Origin: Pelomyxa schiedti | Taxonomy: Eukaryota; Protista; Evosea | Length of the DNA: 44,632 nt | Assembly: GCA_020536535.1 (NCBI GenBank) | Contig: JAHLWZ010000928.1 | Span: 1 to 44,632 of the forward strand | Direction of reading: 5' to 3' | Shown: positions 9,995-19,817 of the stretch, one piece after another | Numbering within the stretch: position 1 is the stretch's first letter | Layout of the letters: each line of letters begins with the position of its first letter | Notes under the pieces: model-generated | The model's database searches: none | What the model saw: the letters and a program-made list of their open reading frames with translations, nothing else | What the model was told of the DNA's origin: nothing | Program-made: the position numbers and the translations under genes

Positions 9995-12093
9995 ATGGAC
10001 GAAACGGCACAAGGTGCCGTTGCAGCTCCCACAATGTCTTCTAACTGCACCCCCGCAACGGCAATGATAAGTTGCAGCTCTCATCCTTTGACGGGAGCTG
10101 TGGGACTCGACGTGGGTGTGTCGGTTGTTGGTCACGGCGATCTGTCGGCCAATGTCGGTGCGGCTGGCATCCCACCATCCAGTCTCGATGCGTTCCAGTC
10201 ATTCTCTGCCCACATCAAGAGCATCGTCGCAGTGCGCACCAGCCTACTTTTTTCTGTGGTGTCTGTTTTGGTCTGGGGGAAACGAATTATGGGGCAACTA
10301 ACGCACTAGACCAGGGACGTGAGATTCCCTGTGTTGACTATCTCAAGTTGCAAGTTGCTCTTGCCAATTTGTGGATGAAACTTTACCCCAACAATTGGGA
10401 ATACATTGATGATGTTATGAAGAATACTGCGGAGTTCCTTGCAGCCGTCAAGGACCCGTTCGTGCCTCATTCCATCCGCCTTTCCACCAAGTTTTCGTTT
10501 TCAGGCAAGAATTCCAACAGGAGCTGTGTGTGAATAAGATCACCAAATTGCTTTCTCTCCCAGTTGCCACATGTCGTGATATTCGGCAGGTAATTTTATC
10601 TCCTAAAAAAACCCTAAAGGCGTGATGAATGTTGTATGATTTCAACAATGAAAGGTCCTTGGACTTCAACATTTCAATGCTGTTTGTTCACACTTGCAAT
10701 TTGAACAACGCAAAGCCATTCATGTCAGCGTGCTTCGTGCTGTGCTGAGGTCATCAACGTGCATCATTAGAACAACTCAACAAGTTGGTACCTTACTGTC
10801 ATTTATCCCAACTCTTCTGATGAGTGACCCGAATGTTGACAATGAATCACACAACAAGGTTTTTAATTGCCCCTGTGAGTTGCCTTTGTTCATTTCTTCT
10901 CAAAAAGGAGCTCTTTTACGAGGAACAAAATCTTGTGGCAGCAACAATTCACATGTTTCAAAATGATGACCCAGAGATCCTTCTTGGCGTATGAACCCTA
11001 CAGGGAATTTATTCTTAAGGTTCCGCAAGATGTATCTCTGTGCACGAAAACTCTTTGGCCAATGGGACTCTGGACGATTTTCCTTCACTCTCCCACCCCT
11101 CATTTTCTCTGTTTTCAATATGCTTACCACTTTGAAGCAGACAAATGAGGTACGTAATGTAACACAGTGGAACCCATTAAATCAGCTCCACACAGGAGAG
11201 TTTCCAGAAGCTGCACAGGCGGCTGTTTGATTTTGAGAATCAAACGATCAAGGAACTCGGCACAAGGGGTTTTGTTGAACTTGCCCTCAAATTAAACTTG
11301 CAGGGGGCCCAAGTTGCTGCTGTGTGTAAGCAGGAGGCTTGTGTTTATGAATTCTGTTGCCAAGTATCTTTTCGCGAAGCCTTTTAGAGGGATTTTTGCA
11401 AGAGAACAAACTGAGCATCAATAGGCTTTCATTCTCTATGAGGAGGAGGTTACCAACAGTTCACAGCAAATAAAATTCGTTACACTTTTTGTCGGAACCT
11501 TGCACTCGATCCAATTTGAGCCAGAAAACAAGGAGATCCTTGCAGCCAAGGTCAATTTTACCCTCCCATGATAGCTGCTGTGCATTAACCGGCGTTTTCA
11601 CCTCAACAGATGGCTAGGTATTCCCTGAAGCTTCTTAAGAAACGCGATCAAGTCAGTGCGCTTTGCATTGTGTCACATCTCTTTGGGGGCAAAAACCAAA
11701 CAGATGGAGAAAACCGAACTGTTGAATGTCTCCAGAAGGCGCTTAGGATTGCTGATTCTCTGCCGGCAAGTTTGGAACTCCCAAAACACAACAAAACGCA
11801 CCACACAGACACTAACATCCCAAAAATAGCCGATGATGAACACGCCACTTCAAGTGGAGATTCTGAACTGGTACATGTACTTCTTCAAGAAGCACCATGA
11901 TTTAGTACCAGATCTCATTCAGAGGGTGAATGGGCTGATTGGTCTCATCAGTGCCACCATCACAACGCTCGAGCCAGATATCGCTGATTGTGCCGAGATT
12001 CAAACCACAATCAAGTTCTTCCAGAACACACTGGCATCAATAAAGCTGACGACACAGAGTTACTCAGGGGACTACACAATACACATCCCATAA
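9995..12093 (+). CDS. VPS35: Vps35 (retromer) homologue, C-terminal ~60% only; multi-exon
   Basis: Colinear Vps35 blocks: GIPPSSLDAFQSFS..., LKLQVALANLWMKLYPNNWEYIDDVM, ARKLFGQWDSGRFSFTLPPLIF, AFILYEEEVTNS, SLKLLKKRDQVSALCIVSHLF...RTVECLQKALRIAD, VEILNWYMYFF...IKFFQNTLASIK. Confidence 0.85.
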
Positions 12094-12699
12094 CTCGTTC
12101 CAAGGCCAATTACCACAAGTAAATTTGGTTCCAAGAGAACTTTGACAACAAACTTTTTTTGGAACAAGTGTTTTGGTAGGCGACTAAAAGCGGAAAGTCT
12201 AGACACCACGATTAAGAAAACAAGCTGGGAATTAGCATTTTGGAGCTAATGGAGTCCAATTGAGGTTCACATTGCTGAAAGATACTTCCAGTTGCCTGCT
12301 GAGAGTGGGGGTGGTCTGCCAGCAGTGTGGCTTTCTGTTTGTCAGCTGCTTTAGCTGCAACAGAACTCTGTGCCTCTTGGGTGGAGGGCCTCCTCTGTGG
12401 TGGAGAACTAGTGCAAGCTGTTGAATTTCACTGGCCCCCAACCAGACGGACCCTACTGTACTGTTGGCAACACTTTGCTTTACCCCTGATGATCTGACTT
12501 ATATCTGTAACAAGTGAATTGTGGGTGGTCACAGGATGCACTGTGACAGAAAGAACAGTGTTCAACAATGTACTCCCCTTATTTACTTGGAGATAGGCAC
12601 CAGAATAGCTCTAACCAAGGAGGATTGGTTCATTGGGTCAAAAGGGAAGCTCCCTGTCACAAACAGGTTAAATTCTTTTTCTCTGCTATCAGAGCATAC

Positions 12700-13829
12700 T
12701 CCATGGCGTTGGGCACCCAGCACAAGGCGGCGGACTATAATTACTAATACTATCACGAAGCACAATACGGAAACAAGCAGTGCTGTAACGTACAACTTTG
12801 TGTGGAGCTGGCAGTTAAATCAGGAATGTAAGGCATGAATTAGTAACACATACCGACTTAGTCATTGCTTCCAGAAATTGTTTCTGTGCAGATTCCTGGA
12901 GTTGAGGTTAGGTGGTAAGTCGCAGTGAGGTTTGGGTGAGAGACTACAACTTGGGTGTTGCGTGGAAGCAATACGAACAGTGCTGTACCGGTGGCAAAAC
13001 TTGTGATTGCCGTTATAGACACGAAGTACTCATCTGGATTGAGTGAAGAGGAGTCAACATCAAACGCAATCTTGTTGATGCCGTCTTTTCTATTGGACTC
13101 GACAACAGTGGTGGTTGCTTGTATCCCGACAAAGTCACGAGGATTTCCCTTCTCAGAGTATGATGATGGGTGTATCGAAAGCGTGACTGCACTGCCCACA
13201 TTGAGATTTGTAATGGCTATGATTTCGAATGCGTCACCAACGCGGTTTCTATCTCCAATTTCCAGAATCCTAATGACCGGCACCTCAACCAAGAATAGAA
13301 GCTTTGTGTACAAATCATCCACATATGGACTATTCAGAGCCCGAAGTAAAGATATCATGGCTTCTTCCGCGGTGCCATCATTAAATCCCACAAGTCCGCC
13401 TTTGGTTTCCTCGTCGAATTGCCCATTGAGTCCCGCATATTGCACGACAATCGCATATTTACCAGCGGTGGCACTCTCAGGTACCTGCAACCGAAAGCTG
13501 AAAGACACACCGTCGCCATGCATCTCAATGTTCCTCTCGACTTGGCGGTAGATGGCCCCAGGCCTGCATCTAAACACAAACACAGCAATTCTGCATGCAT
13601 GCAATGGCATTTGTTGGTGCGAATCTATCCTCCCAGTAATCCAGATACCTTGGCCCTGGACAACAGTGGGTTGGTTAATCGTCGCCGTCACGTACTCGTT
13701 TGGTCGAGCATCCACAGCCCCCGTGAAACCACGAAAAGAAGGAGGAGACCCTGCTGGACTACAGGTGACTAATAACACGGCAACCAACGCCGCGACGTGG
13801 GGCAGAAGGCCTCTGGATTTTCGCAACAT
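12700..13829 (-). CDS. Secreted/type-I membrane protein built from a Methanomicrobiales S-layer-glycoprotein-like domain, spliced to a TM exon (3' end may extend to about 12200)
   Basis: ATG 13829, signal peptide, intronless exon to 12975 containing YVTATINQPTVVQG, GKYAIVVQY, LLRALNSPYVDDLYTKLLFLVEVPVIRI, GDAFEIIAITNLNVG, GINKIAFDVDSSSLNPDEYFV and ATGTALF. Predicted introns 12974-12896 (GTATTG...CTAAC...CCAG) and 12853-12808 (GTATGT...GCCAG) keep phase 0 and join exons 12895-12854 (ESAQKQFLEAMTKS) and 12807-12700 (TM YVTALLVSVLCFVIVLVIIV followed by RR). Confidence 0.75.
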
Positions 13830-14136
13830 TTATTCTCTGAGAGATGTTTTGGGTGAGTGAATTTGGATGCTGTGAGAATGATTGGGAGCGGACTGTCTGA
13901 AGTAGGTGGCTGAGGACAATCCGTGGGACTGCTCAGGATCTGTAAGACGAACTCTTATAGATGCCGAAAGCGAACGACCGTTCTCTCTTATTTCTAATCC
14001 TTTAGGATAGTTCTAAACGGTGTGTATGGTGATGTCACGGCGACTGTTGAGAGAACTACAGCCAATTTGATCCAGTTTGGGTGACCCAAACTCAGCCTGA
14101 TTTAGGTCGGGGTGTGGGTTCTGAAACGGTGATCAG
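13830..14136. promoter_or_regulatory. Probable bidirectional promoter
   Basis: About 300 nt between the divergent ATGs at 13829 (-) and 14137 (+). Inferred from geometry only. Confidence 0.45.
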
Positions 14137-17100
14137 ATGTTCACCACAGTTTCGGCTGCTTCTTCTCATAACCAGGCACGAAGAACTTTTCACGAGTCTT
14201 CTCAAGTGATGGCATCCGCAACGTCAGGTGCAGCGTCAGTCATTTCAAGAGTCACTGATGTACCACCGGTGTCGCAGCCGCAACCAGGGGTGTCACTCGT
14301 ATGCGGCCCACAATTCCCTCCGAGGACGATTCCCGCGTTCAGTGCACCGCTGGGACTGGCCGTTGCAAAAGTAGTCGCCGAGAACGCCAACTCGGACTTT
14401 GTGGTGTTTGCCAACAAGAGGATGACGTTCGCAGAAACGAAACGTTGCGTGTTGTAATTGTGGGTTGTGGGTCCGTCTTTTTTTGTATTGAACCTGTGGA
14501 ACCTTGATTTCATTTTATTTGTTTGAATTGTTGACTTAATGTTCATTAGAATTGATGGACAAAATTACTGTGGCTTTGCTGGCCAAAATGGGATTATCCA
14601 AGGGGGACCCTGTAGCCACTTTTCTTCCAAATGTACCTGAGAACCCAGCTATTCTACTTGCCACCATTTGTGCTTCCCTTATTTTCTCGCCATTGAATCC
14701 TGGGTACATGGCTGAACAGGTTTCATTATATATTGCCTCCGTTGGTGTTCAGTCCCTCTCAGGTGATAGCCTATGTGAGTCGAATCAAACCAAAAATTAT
14801 TTTCGCACATAGCAGTAACGCTGGAAGGATTCGTGACGTTGTTGATCCTGTTATACCTATTGTTGTTCTAGGCACAACGCTTCCAGATGGTCCTTATGGT
14901 CTGTTATAGCTTAACTTTAATAGTTTTCTCAAGGTCCAAATGTCCTGTCATTTGATTCTCTTATTGGTAACTTGCCGCAAGTTGAGCCGGGCTTCATAAT
15001 GAAGGTGCACCAATCGGCCTCACCAAATGATGTTGTAGCTTATGCCTCAACTGGTGGTTCAACCTCCGGTCCTAAGGTATGTCATCGTACAAAGGATATC
15101 TTGAAAACCTGAAATTTAGTTGTGCATCTGGACCCTGAACGTTATACGTCATTCAATTATTGTAAGCTTTCAGGGCAAGGCACGTATAATGCTGCCTCTT
15201 CCCTTCTATGCTAGTACTGGCACTTTGACGCAACTGTTCACATTTTTTTGTGGTGGGACTCTTGTTTGCACGGAGACATTCGACTTGCACGAATGGCTTG
15301 AACTAGCATCACGGGAGCATTGCAATTCACTGACTGTAGCCCCAAGCCTTCTCCTAGAACTTCTCGCAGGAGATTACTCGTATGATCTCAGCAATGTGAA
15401 ATATGTGATTAGTACTGGCGCCTCTGCTTCTCAAGACATGCTTTCTCGTGCCCAAAAGAAATTCGATCTTGCCGCAGCTTTCTCTGTCTACGGAATGACA
15501 GAAACAGCTGGCAGAGTAGCTCGCTCAATTGTGCCATTCCAAGTTTGGCCATATATGAAAGTAAGAATTGCTGACACAACAAGTGGGACTGTTGTTGCCA
15601 CTGGCTTGTCTGGAGAGATACAAGTGCAAGGGCCAACTGTATTTGCAGGTTATCTCGGGGAACCAGAATTAACTGCAAGGGCTTTTACAAGTGATGGGTG
15701 GCTAAAGACTGGTGATATAGGCCACTTTGATGATAAGATGTTTTTGCACATCACAGGAAGAATCAAGGAAATGATCAACAGAGGTGGAATGAAAGTATGG
15801 CCTGCTGGTATATGAGCCTCTTTCTCAAATCGAAATTTATTAACCTTCCATTTCTGAAAAGATCTTGAAGCCGTGTTGGCTACACATCCAGGCATACAAG
15901 AAGCTGCAGTTATTGGGATCCCTGATATCCTCATGGGGGAATCTGTCGTTGCATTTGTCATTCGCAACCCTCTCCATACCCCTCCTGTGACCGTGCATGA
16001 TGTTAGAAACTTTATGGCGGCACAAGTTGTTGCGTTCTGTGTGCCACAGTACGTGTTCTTTGTTGAATCTTTTGAAAGAAACTCGGCTGGGAAAACCTAC
16101 AAACCAGCCCTTTGTTCCATGGCACCGAAGCTGGTGGAGGACTACTGGACTAGCGTCAACGTGGCACCTGACCTGACACCTTCTGAGTGATCACATCCTC
16201 TACTGTTTGCCAGTTTTAACTTATCCTCATAGACCACTCGCCAAGGAAATAGCCAATATTTGGCACCTTGGAATAGGGATACCTGTTCATGCAATTAGTA
16301 TTGATAGCAACTTTTTTGAGCTGGGAGGGAACAGTATAGTGGCAGGGAGGACACATGCCGTTATACGTAAGGAGTTTCCTGAGACCCCTGGGAACATACT
16401 TGTTCTATGTCCCACGATTAGGCAAATTATGAGGTTTGGGAATCAGTTCATTACTGGTAAATAACCTTGAATCCTCAGGTACCTCGAATCAAAGGACACA
16501 AGTGGAGATAATACTAACTGGACAGTAGAATCTGCTCTTGAAACAACTACTGTAGCCGCTACTTTACCCCCACCAGCCCCTCCAGTGTCAACAACTTCAC
16601 GTGTATTTCTTACGGGATCGAATGGCTTCCTTGGCGTGCATGTTCTTCATGCTATTCTCTCTTACATGCCCAACGTAAGAGTAGTATGTGGGATCAGGGC
16701 TGCCAACAAAGGGGAAGCATATCATAAATTGGAGAGTGCCTTTTCTCTCAACAAATCTCTGGATCCATCACTTTTATCACGTGTGGAGGTTATTGTAATT
16801 GACTTGTCCCTCCCATTACTGGGGCTCACACCAGAAGAGCTTGGGACACTCTCCAATAGTATTGATGGTGTGTTCCATTGCGCAGCAGCAGTCTCATGGG
16901 TCACACCGTACCGAGTTTTATCAAGACATAATATCTTCGGAACAAAGCAGGTTGCATTACGCAACCAATATAGATTAATCTAATTCATTGCGCAGATCCT
17001 CTATCTGGCCAGCCTATCATCTAAAGGTCCACTTCCAGTCCATTTCGTTAGTACCTATGAGGTGCGTCTTGATCACGATGAGAATGCATCTCTTGGGGAG

Positions 17101-18026
17101 GTACCCCCTGAGATTCCAATTCCGTACTACATCACATGCGATTTCTTTTTATTTTTTAACCAGTAGAAGATATATTCAGTCTAAATGGGTGTCCGAAAAG
17201 CTGGTCAAAGAAGCTGGGCAACGCGGTGTTCCTTTTGTTATCTATCGGCCAGGAGCTGTTTCTGGTATGGTGAAGTCCTCCTTTCTTTTCACTAATGATT
17301 GTGTAGGTCACTCAGTGAGTGGAGTTACCAACTCTGACGATTTCTACATGAGATTTCTCAAGGGTTGTATCGAATTGGGAGGTGCTCCTGAATCTGGAAC
17401 ATTCTTCCCATTGTGCCCTGTTGACCAAGTTTCTAAGAGCCATAAAACACCAAAACTGTAACCAAAATCGCAGGTCGCCAAGACCATAGTTGATATCATG
17501 TTTGAACCCACATCAACTGGGAAGACTTTCAACATCACGCCTTCAGAAGACACACCTTACTCCTTGCTGTGGGACGTTGCCCGTGAAGCTGGCTATCAAA
17601 TAAGGTAACGAATTGCCATTTTCTCTAAATTGTTAAAGGTACATACAAGACATTTTTTTGACTGGTTTTTTTTTTTTTTTGCACAGGTCACTGAGGCCAC
17701 AAGAATGGGGCACTCTGCTGGCATCCGCCGGTCCCACCAATAGCATGTCGGCCCTATCGTTCCTATTCCAAAGACCCAAGGAAGCAACCGCAACAACCAA
17801 ACCCACCAAATGCCCCCGCTCCAACCTGGATTCCTTGCTCCCGCCATCACCAGAGCACAACATGACACCCTCTCGCGAGTGCATTCGCCGGTACATTCAG
17901 GTTGCAATACAAGCGGGATTCCTGCCCCCAGTTCCCTCAGAATCAGCATCATCAACACAACAGGAAACAACAACAAGTAACAACCAAACAACAACATTAT
18001 TCTCTAGAACACATGTGTGGTTTTGA
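14137..18026 (+). CDS. NRPS-like A-T-R enzyme (carboxylic-acid-reductase-like: adenylation, phosphopantetheine carrier, thioester reductase); multi-exon
   Basis: A domain: FLPNVPE...PLNPGY, YASTGGSTSGPK, YGMTET, GEIQVQGPTVFAGY, DGWLKTGDIG...GRIKEMINRGG, RNSAGK. T domain: DSNFFELGGNSIV. R domain: VFLTGSNGFLG, FHCAAAVSW, YIQSKWVSEKL, IYRPG. Confidence 0.9.
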
Positions 18027-18126
18027 GTGAAAAAAAAGCCAAAAGTTTTTAGTTATTTTTTACTGGTTTTTTTCTTTTGTTTTACATTACACATTAGAGA
18101 TGGATAGTAGTTTGTGGGTGGGTAGT

Positions 18127-19514
18127 TTACAGATTTGAGAAGCGTGCAAGGCACACGACTAAGCCCAAAGATTCCAGGTCTAAGTTGAAAACGTTCTTTG
18201 GGTTTTGATTCCTCAAGTAGTCGGAATAGCGCTGGTTTCCCTTCTCTGCATGATCGGCTGTTGAGTACGCTGATACAACAACCTTACAGCGTGGGGTTGT
18301 TTCTTTGGAGATCCGGAATACACTCGGTAGGCTCGGTAGTTCCACTGTCTTGAGACTCAGCAACCCAGTTGGGTTAGAAACCAAGCTAGAATAGTGTGTA
18401 TGGTTTAATGCCCCCATATCAGCAGTGAATTGCGGGGCAAAGGATACAAGTCGTACAACTACGGTAATGCCTACAAGCAAGTAAGAGTTGCAGCTTGGTC
18501 TGAAGAGGTGCGTTACCAGAGCTGATAAAAGAAGAGTCATTTATGAGCTGGATCCCGGAATTGCATTGACTTTGTTGTGTGCAGTAACCAAAATTGTTGC
18601 AACTAGTAAGTTGCTGTGAAGGGGTTGTTGCATTTGGTGGGAGAACGTCTGGGGAGGTAATAGCCGGCGGCTGCAATGGCTCTTCAGCTCCTTCGGGGCA
18701 TCTTTCTTGGGGTTGATTTGACGAGTTCAAGAAGGAAGCAACTTCCAACTCCACAAGTTGCCTTGCTTCTAAATAATTGGTGAGACAATCAAATTCTTCT
18801 ATTTAAAAGAGTGGTGATTACTGTGCTCTGGCAAAGCCCTGGACATAATCTCAAATGGACTGCTAACAACAATCTCATTGTTGAATTGTGCCACAAGACA
18901 TGCAGAGGGAACGCACAAATGAACCCTGAAATGTGGTCATGAATCATGGTTTAAGGAAAATTGACAAGTATAACCTTGATGACGTGCAAATTCCCTTCAC
19001 CTCGAATTTATACTGCTCTATAGAATCCCCTACGAGAATGGGGCATCTCATAGTAGCAGTTACTTTGACAGCTGATCTTCGTGATGGACAACAAGCTTCA
19101 CACGTGACCTCTGAGAGAATAATGCGGTTGATATGTCGTAGTTGAAAGGCAGGGAAATGAACCTCGCAAAGTTTGCCAGGAGCAACATCGAGAGTTTATG
19201 CATGCACTGCATATTTGTTCATGTGTAAGATTGTTTTGCAACCTCCATTTTTGTCTCACAACCAGGATCATCTACAGAGTGTTTATCACGTGTGACAGTG
19301 TGACACTAAAACGCACACGCAAGAGGTCAAAAGGGAGGAAGAAAAAAAAAAGAAATAAAGGAAAAAGGGATCGTACAACTGAAACTGTGCGGGAAGAAAT
19401 ACGTGGCGGTATTGATAGTAAGGCCACAACCGATTGGTTTTTGTTGTCTCGCAACGTTCTTATGGCGCAACTACTAACACCACTCGCACTCACAGCAGCA
19501 CGACCCACCCGCAT
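18127..19514 (-). CDS. CudA-like amoebozoan transcription factor; multi-exon, 5' structure unresolved
   Basis: Spliced RIILSEVTCEACCPSRRSAVKV...PILVGDSIEQYKFEVKGICTSSR/VHLCVPSACLVAQFNNEIVVSSPFEIMSR resembles the CudA core (CxxC, CSSSRLHL, PFxLxSR). A TAA at 19196-19198 precedes this frame, so the upstream exon junction is uncertain. Confidence 0.5.
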
Positions 19515-19817
19515 CTCGCGATTTAATTTGTTTTATGGTTTAGCCTGTCAATTTCGTGTTTATTTTGGCAGTATTCCCCTGCTGCTTTGTTGTGGTGTTG
19601 AGCAACACCACGAGGTTTGATATTCGTTGGTTTTTATTTTTGTTTTTTGCCTTCGCCTTACTTTGATTAGGTGAATAGTCATTAGGAGAAACATCCCACG
19701 TGATGAACTCCACGGCCGATCTTTCCATAGAAATCACTGTTCGATCTGGATTTATGGATTTCCTTGGGATTGCTGGGTAACTGCGCGTAAAGGCAAGCGA
19801 AAAAGATGCCAAAGACC

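Noticed and set aside
12858-13829. Archaeal-like ORF as symbiont contamination
   Set aside because: Flanked closely by intron-rich genes with no gap, has a eukaryote-like signal peptide and phase-compatible GT-AG introns to a TM exon, and lacks PGF-CTERM. Long reads are still needed to exclude a chimera.
9268-18026. Operon-like symbiosis cluster (secreted protein, truncated Vps35, S-layer-like gene, A-T-R)
   Set aside because: Mixed orientations and genome-wide compactness explain the adjacency; no shared regulatory motif was seen. Only the head-to-head pair is kept as a finding.
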